Shown in pieces: positions 34,552-43,867 of a stretch of DNA of 64,000 nucleotides. Source of the DNA: Silanimonas sp. (GTDB taxonomy: Bacteria > Pseudomonadota > Gammaproteobacteria > Xanthomonadales > Xanthomonadaceae). The notes under the pieces were generated by a model. It was not told where the DNA came from. It worked only from the letters and a program-made list of their open reading frames with translations, and did not search any database. How positions within the stretch are numbered: the stretch's first letter is position 1; each line of letters begins with the position of its first letter. Location of the stretch: assembly GCA_026005095.1 (NCBI GenBank), contig BPKK01000010.1:10512-74511 (forward strand). The letters are read 5' to 3'. Both the position numbers and the translations under genes were made by a program.

Positions 34552-35553
34552 ATGGCGCCGTCCGACCTGCATCCGCCGCTCGGCGGCTCGCGCCTGTCGG
34601 TGGCGCCGATGATGGACTGGACCGACCGTCACTGCCGGGTCTTCCACCGTGTGCTGGCGCCGAAGGCGCTGCTCTACACCGAGATGGTGCATGCGCAGGC
34701 GGTGATCCATGGTGACCGCGAGCGTCTGCTGGGTTTCGACCCCAGCGAGCATCCGGTGGCCCTGCAGCTCGGCGGCAGCGATCCTGCCCTGCTTGCCGAA
34801 GCCAGCCGCATTGGCGCCGGATGGGGCTATGACGAGATCAATCTCAATGTCGGCTGCCCCTCCGACCGCGTGCAGGCCGGGCGCTTCGGCGCCTGTCTGA
34901 TGCGCGAGCCGGCCCTGGTGGCCGAGTGCATCGCCGCCATGCAGGCCGCCGTCTCCGTGCCGGTCACGGTGAAATGCCGTCTCGGCGTGGACGAGCAGGA
35001 GGACTACGAGGTCTTCCTCGCCTTCGTCGATACCGTGGCCGCCACCGGCTGCCGGCGCTTCATCGTGCATGCCCGCAAGGCCTGGCTGCAGGGGCTTTCG
35101 CCGAAGGAGAACCGTGAGATTCCGCCCCTGCGCTACGATTGGGTGCACCGCCTCAAACGCGAACGTCCCGACCTCGTGGTGAGCCTCAACGGCGGCCTTC
35201 GTGAGACCGACGACGTGCGCGCCCAGCTCGCTCATGTCGACGGCGTGATGATCGGCCGCGCCGCCTACCACGAGCCCTACCGCTTGCACGAGTACGCCGT
35301 GGCCTTCGACGGCGAACCCCGGCGGCCCCGCGCCGCCTTGCTGCGGGCCTGGTTCCCCTACGTCGAACGCCAGCTCGCCGCCGGTGTGGCGATGAAGCAT
35401 CTCAGTCGGCACGTGCTCGGCCTGTTCCATGCCCGCCCCGGCGGCCGCGCCTTCCGCCAGATCCTGAGCGAGGGGGCGGCGAAGCCCGGCGCCGGCATTG
35501 CCCTGCTGGAGCGGGCGCTGGCCGCTACCGAGGCAAGCCCGGAGGCGGCGTGA
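34552..35553 (+). CDS. dusA: tRNA dihydrouridine(20/20a) synthase
   Basis: SVAPMMDWTDRH, NLNVGCPS, HARKAWL, GVMIGRAAY. Confidence 0.95.
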   Translation: MAPSDLHPPLGGSRLSVAPMMDWTDRHCRVFHRVLAPKALLYTEMVHAQAVIHGDRERLLGFDPSEHPVALQLGGSDPALLAEASRIGAGWGYDEINLNVGCPSDRVQAGRFGACLMREPALVAECIAAMQAAVSVPVTVKCRLGVDEQEDYEVFLAFVDTVAATGCRRFIVHARKAWLQGLSPKENREIPPLRYDWVHRLKRERPDLVVSLNGGLRETDDVRAQLAHVDGVMIGRAAYHEPYRLHEYAVAFDGEPRRPRAALLRAWFPYVERQLAAGVAMKHLSRHVLGLFHARPGGRAFRQILSEGAAKPGAGIALLERALAATEASPEAA

Positions 35554-36461
35554 TCACCCGCGACCCCGAGGCCTTCTTCGCCTTCGCCGCCACCCGCCGG
35601 CCCGAACCGGCGCGGGCGCTGCCGAAGGCGGTGTTCCTGGTGGCCCCGGAGGGCCTGCGGCTGGCCGAGGAGTCGGCGCAGGACAATCGCTACATGGCGC
35701 TGGGGCAGGGCATCGATGCCGAGCAGGCGCTGGCCGAGCACCGGGCGCTCGCCCGCGCCCTGTCGGCACATGTCCCGGTGATCACCTTCCCCGGCGACCC
35801 GGCCACCCCCGATGCGGTGTTCCCGAACAATGTGTTCGCCACCGCGCCCGGCCGCCTCGTGGTGGGGCATATGCGCCATGCGGTACGCCGCCGCGAAGCC
35901 GGGCGCGCCGACATCCGCACTTTCTTCGCCCGCGCCGCCGGCTATGCCTGCTTCGACCTGTCAACCCAGCCCGGGGTCTGCGAGCTCACCGGCTCGCTGG
36001 TGATCGACCGCGCCCGCAATGTGGGCTATTGCGGCCTGTCCGAGCGTTGCGACGAGGCCGGGGCTGTCGCCATGCACGACGCCTTCGGCCTCGATGCCAC
36101 CTTGGTGTTCGAGCTCGCCGCGGGCGAGTACCACACCAATGTGTTGCTGCAGGTCTATGCCGGTCGGCTCGCCGTGGCCTGCCCCGATGGTTTCGCCGAC
36201 CCGGCATTGGCCCGCGCCATCCTCCGATTCTATGCCCCGCATGCCCTCGCGCTCGGCACCGAGGCGCGCCGCGCCTATGCCGGCAATGGCATCGCCGTGT
36301 CCGCCGATGCCGCCTTCCTCAGCGCCCGGGCCGAGGCGGCGCTCGCGCCTGCCGAGCGCGAGGCCTTCGCCCGTGCCGGCTTCACCCTGCATGCCGTGCC
36401 GCTGCCGGAGATCGAAAAGGCCGGCGGCTCGCTGCGCTGCTGCGTGGGGGAGTGGTTCTAG
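35550..36461 (+). CDS. Amidinotransferase / arginine deiminase-related (pentein) hydrolase
   Basis: PDAVFPNN, ELTGS, YHTNV, EKAGGSLRCC with the catalytic Cys. Confidence 0.85.
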   Translation: MITRDPEAFFAFAATRRPEPARALPKAVFLVAPEGLRLAEESAQDNRYMALGQGIDAEQALAEHRALARALSAHVPVITFPGDPATPDAVFPNNVFATAPGRLVVGHMRHAVRRREAGRADIRTFFARAAGYACFDLSTQPGVCELTGSLVIDRARNVGYCGLSERCDEAGAVAMHDAFGLDATLVFELAAGEYHTNVLLQVYAGRLAVACPDGFADPALARAILRFYAPHALALGTEARRAYAGNGIAVSADAAFLSARAEAALAPAEREAFARAGFTLHAVPLPEIEKAGGSLRCCVGEWF

Positions 36462-36583
36462 CCGGGGTGCCTGCCACGAGCGGCGTCTTTCTCGCGCGAG
36501 TCCTGCTTCGGCCGTGGGGCGCCTGCCTTCGCGGTGATTGCGCCCCCGTGCCGCTGAATGGCAGCGCTACGCCCCCGGCCCGG

Positions 36584-36600
36584 GTTAAGAGGGAATTCAC
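36584..36600 (+). promoter_or_regulatory. Possible PhoP-box-like direct repeat
   Basis: GTTAAG-N5-ATTCAC upstream of the PepSY-phoP-phoQ unit. Confidence 0.35.
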
Positions 36601-36664
36601 CCCCGCGGAACCAGACTTCGCCCATCGCTGGCCAGCCCCGCGCCACGCCCGCTATCCTCCGCCC

Positions 36665-37117
36665 ATGCCGATGCTCCGCCCCCTCGCCTTCGCCGCCATC
36701 GCCTGCCTCGCGGGCGAGGGCTTCGCGCAGCAGCGTGACCCGGGGACCCGCCCGGAGCGCCGCGAGCGCTCGGAACTGCCGGAATCGGTGCTGCGCGCCG
36801 AGCGCCAGACCGGGGGCGAGGTGCTGCGTGCCGAATCGATGCAGCGCGACGGCCGCGAGGTCTATCGGCTCAAAGTGCTTACTCCGGATGGCCGCGTGCG
36901 CATCATGCGCGACGACCCCCATGAGCGCCGCCGTGAAGCCTGGCGCGAGTCGCGCGGCGAGGCCGGCCGCGCGGCCTTCGACGAACTCCGCTCGCAGCGC
37001 GAGGAACGCTTGCGCGAGCCCCGTGGCCTGCGGCCGGAGCCGGCCCCGGTGAGTCACCCGGCCGAGCTCGCGGTGCCGGAAACCCTGCCGCCCGCCGAGC
37101 GCGGCGACCGTTACTGA
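36665..37117 (+). CDS. Secreted PepSY-like protein
   Basis: Signal peptide; RQTGGEVLRAE..YRLKVLTPDGRVR; charged tail. Confidence 0.75.
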   Translation: MPMLRPLAFAAIACLAGEGFAQQRDPGTRPERRERSELPESVLRAERQTGGEVLRAESMQRDGREVYRLKVLTPDGRVRIMRDDPHERRREAWRESRGEAGRAAFDELRSQREERLREPRGLRPEPAPVSHPAELAVPETLPPAERGDRY

Positions 37118-37152
37118 GGCCGGCCGCGGGCCGGCATCGAGAAGGAGACTCC

Positions 37153-37833
37153 ATGCGCATCCTGCTGGTCGAAGACGAAGCCCCCCTGCGGGAGACCCTG
37201 GCCGCCCGCCTGAAGCGTGAGGGCTTCGCGGTCGATGCCGCCGCCGATGGCGAGGAAGGCCTCTACAACGGCCGCGAAGTGCCCTTCGACATCGCCATCA
37301 TCGATCTTGGGCTGCCGCGCATGTCGGGCATGGATCTGGTGCGTGCCTTGCGCGCCGAGGGCAAGAAGTTCCCGATCCTGATCCTCACCGCCCGCTCCTC
37401 CTGGCAGGACAAGGTGGAGGGCCTGAAGGCCGGGGCCGACGACTACCTCGTCAAACCCTTCCATGTCGAGGAACTGCTGGCACGCATCAATGCCCTGCTG
37501 CGCCGCGCTGCCGGCTGGAGCAAGCCCTCGCTGGAGTGCGGCCCGGTGAAGCTCGACCTCTCGGCGCAGACCGTCTCGGTGGCCGACACCCCGGTGGATC
37601 TGACGAGCTATGAGTACAAGGTACTCGAGTACCTGATGCTGCATGCCGGCGAGCTGGTCTCCAAGGCCGATCTCACCGAGCACATCTACCAGCAGGATTT
37701 CGATCGTGACTCGAATGTGCTGGAGGTGTTCATCGGCCGCTTGCGCAAGAAGCTCGATCCCGAGGGTACCCTGAAGCCCATCGAGACCGTGCGCGGCCGC
37801 GGCTACCGCTTCGCCATCCCGCGTAACGAGTAA
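37153..37833 (+). CDS. phoP: OmpR-family response regulator (PhoP-like)
   Basis: LLVEDE, IIDLGLP, GADDYLVKPF, winged helix DSNVLEVFIGRLRKK, ETVRGRGY. Confidence 0.85.
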   Translation: MRILLVEDEAPLRETLAARLKREGFAVDAAADGEEGLYNGREVPFDIAIIDLGLPRMSGMDLVRALRAEGKKFPILILTARSSWQDKVEGLKAGADDYLVKPFHVEELLARINALLRRAAGWSKPSLECGPVKLDLSAQTVSVADTPVDLTSYEYKVLEYLMLHAGELVSKADLTEHIYQQDFDRDSNVLEVFIGRLRKKLDPEGTLKPIETVRGRGYRFAIPRNE

Positions 37834-37839
37834 GCCGCC

Positions 37840-39231
37840 ATGGGCGTGGTGCGCCGCCGCCTCTCGCTGCAGGCGCGCCAGATGCTGGCTGCGGGCCTGG
37901 CGCTCGTGGCCTTCCTCGGCCTCACGGGTTATGCGCTCGACCGCGCCTTTGCCGAGGCCGCGCTCACCAGCCAGCGCGAGCGCCTGGAGAACTTCGCCAA
38001 GGCCTACCTCAACGGCGCCGAGGTGCTGCGCTCCGGCGCCATCGTAATGCCTCAGGTGCCGCCCGATCCGCGTTTCGACCGCCCGGGTAGCGGCCTGTAT
38101 GCCGGCATGGTGGGCGAGGGTCTACGCTGGGAATCAGCTTCCTCGCTCGGGCGCATCCTGCCGCCGCCGGTGCCGGGCAGCCCAGGCGTGGGCCGCTTCG
38201 AGGGGCCGCTGCCGGCCACCGAGGCCAGTGGCCGCGGGCTCGAGGTGTACCGCTATTCGCTCACCACCATCTGGGAGACCGGGCGCGGTGACATCGAGCT
38301 CACCTTGGCGCTCTACGAGGATGCCGCCTATGTGGGCAAGCAGGTGGCGGTGTACCGTCGCACGCTCTGGGGCTGGCTCGGCGCCGCCGCGGTGGTGCTG
38401 GCCTTGGTGCAGGCGCTCGCCCTACGCTGGAGCCTGCGCCCGCTGCTCGGTGTCGAGAAGGCGCTGGCCGATGTGCAGCAGGGCAGCGTGGCGCGGCTCA
38501 CCGATGAACATCCGCGGGAACTGCAGCCGCTCACCGACAGCATCAATGCCCTGATCGATTCCGAGCGCCGCAACCTCGAGCAGGTACGGCGCACCCTGGG
38601 TGATCTTGCGCATTCGCTCAAGACGCCGCTGGCCGTACTGCAGAGCCTGCTCGACGCCGGCGCCTCGCCCGCCGAACTGCGTGCCGAGGTGCGCACCCAG
38701 GTACAGCGCATGAACGACATCGTCGGCTACCAGCTCTCGCGCGCGGCGCGCTCCGGGCATGTGCTGTTCGCCGCGCCGCTGAAGATCGAGGGGCCGGCCG
38801 AGGAGATCGTGCAGGGCCTGGAGAAGATCTATGCCGCCAAGGGCGTGCTCTGCGAGTTCGAGATCGATCCTGCAGCGCGCTTCCATGGCGAACTCGGCGA
38901 CCTGCAGGAACTGCTCGGCAATCTGCTCGAGAACGCTTTCAAGTGGGCGAAGTCGCGGGTGGTGCTGCAGGTCTCGGTGCTGCCGGCACCCGCCGGCAAG
39001 CGCAGCGGGCTGGTGCTGGCGGTGGACGACGACGGCCCGGGCATCCCCGAGGACCAGGTCGAGCGGGTACTGCAGCGTGGGGTGCGTGGCGACGAACGGG
39101 TGCAGGGCCATGGCATCGGCCTGTCGATCGTGCTCGACATCGTCGCCGCCTACCAGGGCGCGCTCTCGGTGGAACGCTCGCCGGAGCTGGGGGGCGCGCG
39201 TTTCGTGGCGCGCTTCCCGCCGCAGGTCTAG
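37840..39231 (+). CDS. phoQ: Sensor histidine kinase (PhoQ-like)
   Basis: Two TMs, DLAHSLKTPL H-box, GNLLENAFKW, DDDGPG, GHGIGL. Confidence 0.82.
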   Translation: MGVVRRRLSLQARQMLAAGLALVAFLGLTGYALDRAFAEAALTSQRERLENFAKAYLNGAEVLRSGAIVMPQVPPDPRFDRPGSGLYAGMVGEGLRWESASSLGRILPPPVPGSPGVGRFEGPLPATEASGRGLEVYRYSLTTIWETGRGDIELTLALYEDAAYVGKQVAVYRRTLWGWLGAAAVVLALVQALALRWSLRPLLGVEKALADVQQGSVARLTDEHPRELQPLTDSINALIDSERRNLEQVRRTLGDLAHSLKTPLAVLQSLLDAGASPAELRAEVRTQVQRMNDIVGYQLSRAARSGHVLFAAPLKIEGPAEEIVQGLEKIYAAKGVLCEFEIDPAARFHGELGDLQELLGNLLENAFKWAKSRVVLQVSVLPAPAGKRSGLVLAVDDDGPGIPEDQVERVLQRGVRGDERVQGHGIGLSIVLDIVAAYQGALSVERSPELGGARFVARFPPQV

Positions 39232-39297
39232 CTGGACGTGGGCAGGGCGGCGGTGTAGCGTCCGGCCGTCTCTTCCCCCGTGTCGAGGACGCTCCCG

Positions 39298-39765
39298 ATG
39301 GCTCACCCCGTCATCCCGCATGGCACGTTGCTCGCCGCCTTCCTGTGCTGCACTGCCTGCGCTGTCGGAGACGAGGGCGAGATCGGCGGGCGCATCGCTT
39401 TCCCCGGCGAAGCGGTGCCGGCGATGACTCTGGTGCTGCTCGAGCGCAACGACCCGATCCCGCGGCGTGTGCCCATCGCGGCCGGGCAGGAGCGCTACTC
39501 GTTTCGCGTCGCCCCCGGCACCCACACGGTGTTCGCCATCCCTGAGGAGCGGCCCGACCCCTTGCTGGTGGGCGCGCACTCCCGCTACTCCGTATGCAAT
39601 GCCCGGCAGCGCGCCGGCGCGGAGGCCGATGGGGGCTGCCGCACCGGCCCGCCGCGGGAGGTGGTGGTGGCCGGGGCGCGCATCGAGGATGTCGACATCG
39701 ACGGCTGGTACCTCGAGGAGCCGGTGGCCTCGGCCCTGCTGGCGCTGGCCGGGGACGGGGAATGA
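39298..39765 (+). CDS. Hypothetical exported protein / possible lipoprotein
   Basis: Hydrophobic N-terminus ending ..CTAC; beta-rich body; ATGA overlap with the next gene. Confidence 0.6.
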   Translation: MAHPVIPHGTLLAAFLCCTACAVGDEGEIGGRIAFPGEAVPAMTLVLLERNDPIPRRVPIAAGQERYSFRVAPGTHTVFAIPEERPDPLLVGAHSRYSVCNARQRAGAEADGGCRTGPPREVVVAGARIEDVDIDGWYLEEPVASALLALAGDGE

Positions 39766-40199
39766 ACCAGAAGGCCGCGCTCTCGCTGCGTCCGCCGATC
39801 CTCACCGTGGCCGCGGTGCTGGTGGATGGCCGGGGCCATACGCTGCTGGTGCGCAAGCGCGGCTCGGGGGTGTTCATCCAGCCCGGCGGCAAGCGCGAGC
39901 CGGGCGAGGCGCCCGAGGCGACGTTGGCGCGGGAACTGGCCGAGGAACTGGGCCTGGTCATGGTGCCGGGCTCGGCGCGCCTGCTCGGCGAGTTCGAGGC
40001 CGAGGCGGTGAACGAGCCGGGGCGGCGGGTGCGGGCGCTGGCTTTCCACTGCGCCTTCGAGGGCGAGCCCCGCGCCCAGGCCGAGATCGAGGAATGGCGT
40101 TGGGTACCGCTGCAAGGCCCGCCCGGCGTGCCGGTGGCGCCGCTCAGCGCCCGGCACATCCTACCGGCCTACCGGCGGGCCATCGGCGAGGGGCCGTAG
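39762..40199 (+). CDS. NUDIX hydrolase
   Basis: Nudix box PGGKREPGEAPEATLARELAEELG. Confidence 0.9.
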   Translation: MNQKAALSLRPPILTVAAVLVDGRGHTLLVRKRGSGVFIQPGGKREPGEAPEATLARELAEELGLVMVPGSARLLGEFEAEAVNEPGRRVRALAFHCAFEGEPRAQAEIEEWRWVPLQGPPGVPVAPLSARHILPAYRRAIGEGP

Positions 40200-40951
40200 A
40201 AGCGCTCGAGGTGCGCCGCTACCGCGGGGAAGGCCTCGCGCAGCAGGTCTGGCGCGGTGAAGTGGTACTCGCTGCAGACCGCGAAGAATTCCTCGGGGGC
40301 TTCGGCGGCGTAGGGATCGATCGGGGTCTCGGCCTCGGGGTCGGCATCGAGCCTGGCGTTCAGGGCCTCGAAGGCGGCGCCGAAATCGCGGGCCCACTCG
40401 CGCTGCCAGGCGCGCGGCAGCAGCGGGGTGCCGTCCATCACCCCGTCCACGCCGTCGAGCTTGTGCGCCATCTCGTGCACCACCAGCTGGTAGCCCGGCT
40501 CAGGTTCAAGCATCTCGGCGGCCAGGTCGGCCCAGCTCAGCACCAAGGGGCCGTGTTCCCAGCTCTCGCCCTCGCGGTCCTCGCTTCCTTCGTGCACCAC
40601 CTCGAGGGCGTCGAACTCCCAGGGCGTGCCGTGGCGGCCGTGCTCCACCCGGAAGGCGCCCGGGTGCACGATCACCTGCGACCAGCCGCTCAACGCGGCG
40701 GTGCCGGCCTCCAGCAGGGGCAGGCAGGCGTGGGCGGCGAGTGCGAGGCGGTCGGCCTCGTCGAGTTCCAGGCCCTGCACCGGGGTGATGGCCTTGCCAT
40801 CGAGAAAGCACGCGGTGAGCCGGCGGAGCCGTTCCGACCGTGCCGGCTCGAGGCCGGCGATCAGCGGGGCACGGCGGACGAGGGTCTGCCAGGCGACAGG
40901 ATCGATGGGCGGTGGATCGCCACCCCAGAAACGCCACCAGGGCCGGGCCAT
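40169..40951 (-). CDS. MtfA-like (M90 family) zinc metallopeptidase
   Basis: GESWEHGPLVLSW, VHEMAHKLD (HExxH), PYAAEAPEEFFAV. Confidence 0.88.
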   Translation of the reverse strand: MARPWWRFWGGDPPPIDPVAWQTLVRRAPLIAGLEPARSERLRRLTACFLDGKAITPVQGLELDEADRLALAAHACLPLLEAGTAALSGWSQVIVHPGAFRVEHGRHGTPWEFDALEVVHEGSEDREGESWEHGPLVLSWADLAAEMLEPEPGYQLVVHEMAHKLDGVDGVMDGTPLLPRAWQREWARDFGAAFEALNARLDADPEAETPIDPYAAEAPEEFFAVCSEYHFTAPDLLREAFPAVAAHLERFYGPSPMARR

Positions 40952-40966
40952 GCCGCCTCGTGGGCT

Positions 40967-41236
40967 TTAGCGGAACATGCCCGGTAGCAGGCGATTCCAG
41001 CGCGGCAGGACGGGGCGGCTCGGGGCCGGATGGCTGGCCGAGGCCGGGCGGGCGGCGGGGGAATCGGCGCGGCGACCGGCGACCTCGCTGCTGCCTGTGG
41101 CACCGGCGTCCCTGCTGACCACGGACTCGCAGGTGCCGGTCTCCGCCGCGGCCGGGCTGGCCTCGTCCTGCACCGACGCGGTCCCGGCGCTGGGCAGGGC
41201 GAACACGAACACCAACAGCAGGCTGGATCGGAGCAT
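40967..41236 (-). CDS. Small secreted low-complexity protein ending PRWNRLLPGMFR
   Basis: GAGGGG RBS, Sec-type signal peptide; 15 nt upstream of the MtfA-like gene. Confidence 0.65.
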   Translation of the reverse strand: MLRSSLLLVFVFALPSAGTASVQDEASPAAAETGTCESVVSRDAGATGSSEVAGRRADSPAARPASASHPAPSRPVLPRWNRLLPGMFR

Positions 41237-41396
41237 GGGACCCCCTCGGGCAGTGGCAGGCAAGGAGATGCCGGCCGCGGGAAAACCGTCGCAGCATCAT
41301 ACGCCCCCTGTGAAGGCGGTGCAGGCAGCCGGCTTGCCCCGGCCTCTGCTGTCCCGCAGCATGCCCGGGCATGGGCCTTTCCGACAGACTCTGGGC

Positions 41397-43241
41397 ATGA
41401 CCCTGATCGCCACGCCCCGAGGCGGCCTTCTCGCCACCGATTCCGCGCCCGGTCTGATTCGCGCGGCCGCTCTCCGCCAGGCCCTGATCGCCGGTGCCCG
41501 GCGGGTCATCGCCCGACGCGACCAGCTCAACCACATCAATGTGTTCCCGGTGCCCGATGGCGATACCGGGAACAACCTCGCGCTCACTCTCGGCACGGTG
41601 CTGGGCGGCGCCCTGCAACGGCGGGCGGCCGGGGTGGGCGCTCTGCTGCGGCGGGTGGGAGATGAGGCCGTCGACGGCGCCCGAGGCAATTCCGGGGCCA
41701 TTCTTGCCCAGTACTTTTGTGGCCTTGCCGATGCCGTGGGGCAACGGGCCAGCCTCGATGTGCACGGCCTTGCCGAGGCGGCGCGGGTGGCGGCGCGCTC
41801 GGCGCGCGCGGCCATGGCCGAGCCACGCGAGGGCACCATGCTCAGCGTGATCCATGCCTTCGGCGAGGCCCTGGCGCAGGCGGCCCGCGGCGGCGAGGCG
41901 CGTGAGCCACGACAGTGGTTCGAGGCGGCGCTGGTGCAGGTGCGGGAAGCCCTGCGCCGTACCCCGGAGCAGTTGCCGGTGCTGCGCAAGGCCGGGGTGG
42001 TAGATGCCGGCGCGCAGGGCTTCGTCGACCTGCTCGAGGGCATCAACGACTTCCTCGCCCGGCGCACGCCGCCGGAGGAGGCCGCCTCCGAGGCGCTGGC
42101 GGCGGTGGAACTGCACGCGAACGACCTCGGGGCGGTGGACCCGGCGCACCGCTGGTGCACCGAGTGCCTGCTCTCGGGCGAGGGCCTCGACCGCACCGGC
42201 CTGTACGCGGCGCTGGCCGACCTCGGGGCCGACTGCGTGGTGGTGGCGGGCGGGCCGCACCGGGTGAAGGTGCATGCCCACGTGGCCGAGCCGGCGCGCC
42301 TGTTCGCCCGGCTCGCCGCCTTCGGCCGGGTGGATGGCGCCAAGGCCGACGACATGCTGGCCCAGGCCCGCACCACGCAGGGCGCGGCGCGGGTGGTGGT
42401 GGCCACCGACAGCTCGGCGGATCTTCCCGAGGGCGTGGCCGATGCCCTCGACATCCACGTCATCCCCCTGCGCCTGAACTTCGGCGAGCAGGACTACCTC
42501 GACCGCGTGGGCCTGGCGCCTTCCGAGTTCTACCGGCGCCTGCGCGAGGACCATGTGCTGCCGCGCACCAGCCAGCCGCCGGTCGGCGACTTCCGTCGCT
42601 GCTTCGAGTTCCTGCTCTCGCACCATGCCGACGTGGTCTACGTGGGGCTGTCGCGCGCCGTCTCCGGCACCCTGCAGGCCGCGGAATCGGCGGCGCAGCG
42701 CGGCATTCCCGAACGTACCCATGTCTTCGACACCGCCAATGCCGCGGCCGGGCAGGCTCTGCTGGCGATGGCGGCGGCAGAGACGGCCGCCCGCGGGGCC
42801 AGCGCCGTCGAGGTGCTGGCCCGGCTCGAGGCCTTGAAGTCGCAGACCCTCACCTTCGCCTTGGCCCGCGATATTCGTCATGCGGTGCGCGGCGGTCGGG
42901 TGCCGGCCTGGGCCGGCACGGTGGCCCGGCTGCTGCGCGCCACGCCGCTCGCCCGCGTGCTGCCCTCGGGCCGGCTCAAGCCCTGCGCCGCCCTGTTCGG
43001 CACACGGCGACTGCCGGAGCGCTTCGCCCGCTACGTGGCGAGGCGCCTGCCGCCCGGCCGGCGCTGGCGCCTGATCGTGGGCCATGGTGATGCCCGTGCC
43101 GAGGGCGAGGCCCTGTTGTCCGCCCTGCAGGCGCAGTTGGACGTGGCGCAGGGCTGGCTGGTCGAGACCGGCGCGGCGGTAGGGGCGCACGCCGGCCCCG
43201 GCGCGCTCGTGGTGGCCGTGCAGCCGGTGGAGGCGGCATGA
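41397..43241 (+). CDS. DAK2 (FakA-like) - DegV (FakB-like) fusion, putative fatty acid kinase
   Basis: INVFPVPDGDTGNN, GARGNSG, EGTMLSV, VDAGAQG, CTE and HAH; then DegV motifs TDSSADL, TSQP, SGT, GGRV, GAHAGPG. Confidence 0.88.
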   Translation: MTLIATPRGGLLATDSAPGLIRAAALRQALIAGARRVIARRDQLNHINVFPVPDGDTGNNLALTLGTVLGGALQRRAAGVGALLRRVGDEAVDGARGNSGAILAQYFCGLADAVGQRASLDVHGLAEAARVAARSARAAMAEPREGTMLSVIHAFGEALAQAARGGEAREPRQWFEAALVQVREALRRTPEQLPVLRKAGVVDAGAQGFVDLLEGINDFLARRTPPEEAASEALAAVELHANDLGAVDPAHRWCTECLLSGEGLDRTGLYAALADLGADCVVVAGGPHRVKVHAHVAEPARLFARLAAFGRVDGAKADDMLAQARTTQGAARVVVATDSSADLPEGVADALDIHVIPLRLNFGEQDYLDRVGLAPSEFYRRLREDHVLPRTSQPPVGDFRRCFEFLLSHHADVVYVGLSRAVSGTLQAAESAAQRGIPERTHVFDTANAAAGQALLAMAAAETAARGASAVEVLARLEALKSQTLTFALARDIRHAVRGGRVPAWAGTVARLLRATPLARVLPSGRLKPCAALFGTRRLPERFARYVARRLPPGRRWRLIVGHGDARAEGEALLSALQAQLDVAQGWLVETGAAVGAHAGPGALVVAVQPVEAA

Positions 43242-43867
43242 GCCTCGACCCGCGACTGCTGGCGGCGCTGGCCGCCGCTTATCTGCTGGGTTCGATCTCC
43301 GGCAGCCTCGTGATCGGCCGCTTCCGGGGCGTCGACATCCGTACCCAGGGCAGCGGCAATGCCGGCGGCACCAATGCCTTCCGCACCCAGGGCTGGGCCT
43401 TCGCCCTTGGCACCGTGCTGGTGGACATCGGCAAGGGCGCGGCCGCCGTGGCCCTGGTGCGCCTCGCCGGGGGCGGCGTGATGGCGCAGATGGCGGCGGT
43501 GCTGCTGGCGGCGCTGGGTCATGTCTGGCCGCTGTTCCATGGCTTCCGCGGTGGCAAGGGCGCGGCCACCCTGGTGGGTGGATTGGCCCTGCTCTGGCCC
43601 ACGGCCCTGCTGCCTCTCTTCGCGGTCTGGCTGGGGGTGCTGGTCGCCAGTGGCTATGTCGGCCTTGCCACCGTGCTCGCCGGTCTTGCCCTGCCGCTTT
43701 GGGCCCTGTGGGAGGGGCGGGCGCCGGACTGGCTCGGCTTCGCCCTTCTGGTGGCCGGCCTGCTCGTTTTCACCCACCGTGGCAATCTGCAACGCCTGCG
43801 GGCCGGCACCGAGCACCGCTTCGAGCGAGTGCGCCTGTTCGCGCGGCGGCGGCCTGCCGATGTCTGA
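43238..43867 (+). CDS. plsY: Acyl-phosphate:glycerol-3-phosphate acyltransferase
   Basis: YLLGSI, GSGNAGGTN, DIGKG, GHVWPLFHGFRGGKG, HRGNLQRL. Confidence 0.95.
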   Translation: MSLDPRLLAALAAAYLLGSISGSLVIGRFRGVDIRTQGSGNAGGTNAFRTQGWAFALGTVLVDIGKGAAAVALVRLAGGGVMAQMAAVLLAALGHVWPLFHGFRGGKGAATLVGGLALLWPTALLPLFAVWLGVLVASGYVGLATVLAGLALPLWALWEGRAPDWLGFALLVAGLLVFTHRGNLQRLRAGTEHRFERVRLFARRRPADV

